The position numbers and the translations under genes are program-made. A stretch of 64,000 bases of DNA from the human T2T-CHM13v2.0 reference genome, Homo sapiens: NCBI RefSeq assembly GCF_009914755.1, contig NC_060929.1. One strand, written 5' to 3'. The notes below the pieces were generated by a model, which saw only the letters and a program-made list of their open reading frames with translations, was not told the DNA's origin and searched no databases. This document shows, one piece after another, positions 61,265 through 64,000 of this stretch (position 1 is its first letter; the number at the start of each line of letters is the position of its first letter).

Positions 61265-61949
61265 TATGAACTTAGGAAAAAAAGAAGTATTTGTTGGCAT
61301 AAATTATTATTGAATGATAAAATTGCTATATTGGAAGATAAAGAAATAGTACACATATCAAACACTTGATCATTCTTCTCTCTCACCTGCTATCTGTGAT
61401 ATAAGCAGCTGTATTAAAGTTGCCTAAAAATGTGGAAATAGACAGTAGAAGGCAATAAAGACTTCCGTAATTGATATGCGGCTTCTATCAGGTCCAAGGG
61501 AACTGCTTCACTTGTCATCTCCCAGTAAGTGGGAAGAGAAGGAAAATATATAGATGATTTGACTCTCATCCCATTGACCAGACATAGTAACATGGCCACA
61601 CAAATTACAAAGGAGGCTGGGAAATATACTTTCTAGCTAAGAAAACATATTGCTAAATGAAACTGTCACACTTTAAAAGAATATGACCATGACATTATCA
61701 AACAATAGGAGAGTGGTTAGTGTTAGACAAAGGCACTAGCACACTAATTAGTAAAATGAAAGATAATTTGGTCCAGAAGACAGTACCATAAGATGGATTT
61801 GATGTTGCTTAAACAATATTACCTGTAAAGCTTTGATTCATATCTTGCCTGCAACCTTACATGGTTGTTTATTCAGGTAAGGCCAATAAAGGCTTCACTT
61901 GGGTACTACCCCATGTACCGCAAAAAGCAAAGATAGAAAATGTGTCCTC

Positions 61950-62470
61950 ATCAATTTTGTGGATGACACAAATGTGAGCAGGGAAGTGACTTCACAAGAT
62001 AAGAGAAGTGAAATTACAGAAAAACTGGGCAGACTAAAATCGTGAGCTGAAATTATAAAGATGGAAATTTAAAAATATTAAATGGAAAGTGACTTTAAGC
62101 TCAAAAGTACTCTGCAAGTATAAAATGACTTAGCAGTTCACATACTAAGGATATAGATTCCTTTAAGAATAAATCCAATAAGCATTAGCACTGAGGCATA
62201 GCTCTCCCAAGAGCTAAATGCATTTAAATAAGTTAAGTCATCCTTCCACTAAATGCTGCGTCAGAATGAACACATCTGTGTGGTTGTCACTGGGATAAAT
62301 GCCACATTTGAAGGGGTCTGCAACAATATGGAGTACATAAATATAAGGGCAGTTATTTCATATGTGGAGTGATTGAAAGAACTATAAATATTTTCCTTGA
62401 GGAAGACAAGGCTTATAAGGGGCAATGAATGATAACAATCTTCACATATTTGAAGAATTGTCAACAGAGT
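61950..62470 (+). mobile_element. Ancient CR1/L3 LINE fragment
   Basis: tttgtggatgacacaaa...gggcagactaaaatcgtgagctgaaa...agatggaaattt resembles the CR1 RT region (DDTK..RL..WA...M.F). Confidence 0.5.
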
Positions 62471-63874
62471 GTAAAGCCCTCTAGGGCCAAACTGGGACAA
62501 TTGGATTACACAGAGATAGATTTTAAACTTAGTATACAGTTTAAAATAATTAGACTATTTTTAAAATGGTTTGTCTTTGAAAGGAGGAAAGTTTCTAATC
62601 TGTATTCTTTCATGATCTCTAAGGTTTCTTCCATCTCAGAGATTCTATACAATCATTATGCATTTTTGAACAAAGTGTTTCCCTCAGCTTCACGTATGCA
62701 TAAACTCACAGGCATGTATACAAACATGCATAAAAATAATCCATTAGAAATGAGATAAATAGCACCGATATGGTTGCCTAGTGGGGTGTACTGCCCAACT
62801 ACTCCCAGCACCGATCTTTCACCTTTGCCATGACTTTTTCTTCTCTAAGGGTTTGGTTAAAACATAATTATGGCTGTTGAAGTGTATGTTTCTAGCACAA
62901 CATAGAATATACGAGGCCCCTAGATAAAGGGGACTTTTCCATTTATGGGGCTTTAGGATTTTTTTAACCATTTAGGATGCTTAAACAGCTGACACATTTT
63001 TGTAGTATCAAGGAGTAGGTGGTATGCGGCTTTGAAAACTAAACTACCCACTGCAAGTCATTAGGAAGCCAGAATGAATTTTTTTCACTTCAATTTCAAC
63101 ATTATAGATATGATCACATGGTGCTTATTTTATCACTGGGGTGTAATGATATAAGCATATCCTTGAAATCAGATGACTGGAGTTTAAGTCATTGTTGTGG
63201 GACAATTTTAGTTCTGTGAATTTTGGTAAATCACTTAGACTCTTTTATCCTTGATTTCTTCATTTTTAAATGAGCATAATGACTGTCTTATAGTATTATC
63301 ATAGATGTCAAATGATATAACCATGCAAAACATTTTATAAGTTATATACAAGTAAAATATTATTAATATTATTCCTGGAAATGGTTTCAAAGACTAAATT
63401 TTCCTTATTCTAAAATTTCTTATTTATCTCTGTGGATTATCTGTATCCTCTTTTCAATTTCAGTCTGGCTTTTCTCTGCCACCTGTCATACATATGGGCC
63501 AGTTTCTGGATTTCCACATTTGCTCCTCCATTCATTTTCATCAATTACTACTTTCTCAAATTAAAATTTGCTTAAAAAAGACGAAAGAAAAGTGGCTGTG
63601 AAATCGCATATAAGCAAAGTCCAAATAAAATTACTCTTTAAATTAATAGAAAGCATTGGACAAACCAAAATAGCAGAAAGTTAGCTAGAGCTCAAAAATT
63701 CAGAAGGGTTTGGAGGATTCAGATTATAACCTGCTTAATATTTAGAAGAGCTGGCAATCCGCCAGTCAGGAAGAAATTATTCACTGCAATGCCCTGCATA
63801 TCTTTACTGTTGTCACCTCTCCATCTAACATAGCTCCGGAGACTAGAGACTGATTATCTGATGTGTTGGACACA

Positions 63875-64000
63875 TCAGGAGTTCGAGACCAGCCTGGCCA
63901 ACATGGTGAAACCCCAGCTCTACTAAAAATACAAAAAAAAATTAGCTGGCCTGCTGGCGCATGCCTGCGATACCATCTACTGGGGAGGCTGAGGCAGGAG
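63875..64000 (+). mobile_element. Partial AluS running off the window end
   Basis: tcaggagttcgagaccagcctggccaacatggtgaaacccc. Confidence 0.9.

Overview
Primate (very probably human) AT-rich, repeat-dense non-coding DNA; I can support no intact host protein-coding gene. Main contents: a full-length but dead L1PA3/PA4-type LINE-1 (43671-49843, +, 13-bp TSD); a long old L1MC on the minus strand; about 11 Alus, including a very young AluYd-lineage copy and two AluYa5-diagnostic copies; MaLR/ERVL/ERV1 solo LTRs; Tigger and hAT MITEs; a processed RPS10 pseudogene; and a U13 (SNORD13) retrocopy. The most unusual structures are four. (1) A ~550-bp inverted duplication (16025-16578 / 18189-18892) whose right copy interrupts an LTR16 and carries a fold-back templated insertion. 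(2) A 1.65-kb chimeric MLT2...THE1 block carrying older genomic DNA, inserted in an L1 between 5-bp direct repeats. (3) A chain of well-formed minus-strand splice sites downstream of the L1 antisense promoter, possibly a spliced lncRNA whose precursor would span both this inverted repeat and an inverted Alu pair. (4) Several small template-switch scars. Repeat subfamily calls come from recalled consensus sequences, not a database search; boundaries of old elements are approximate.
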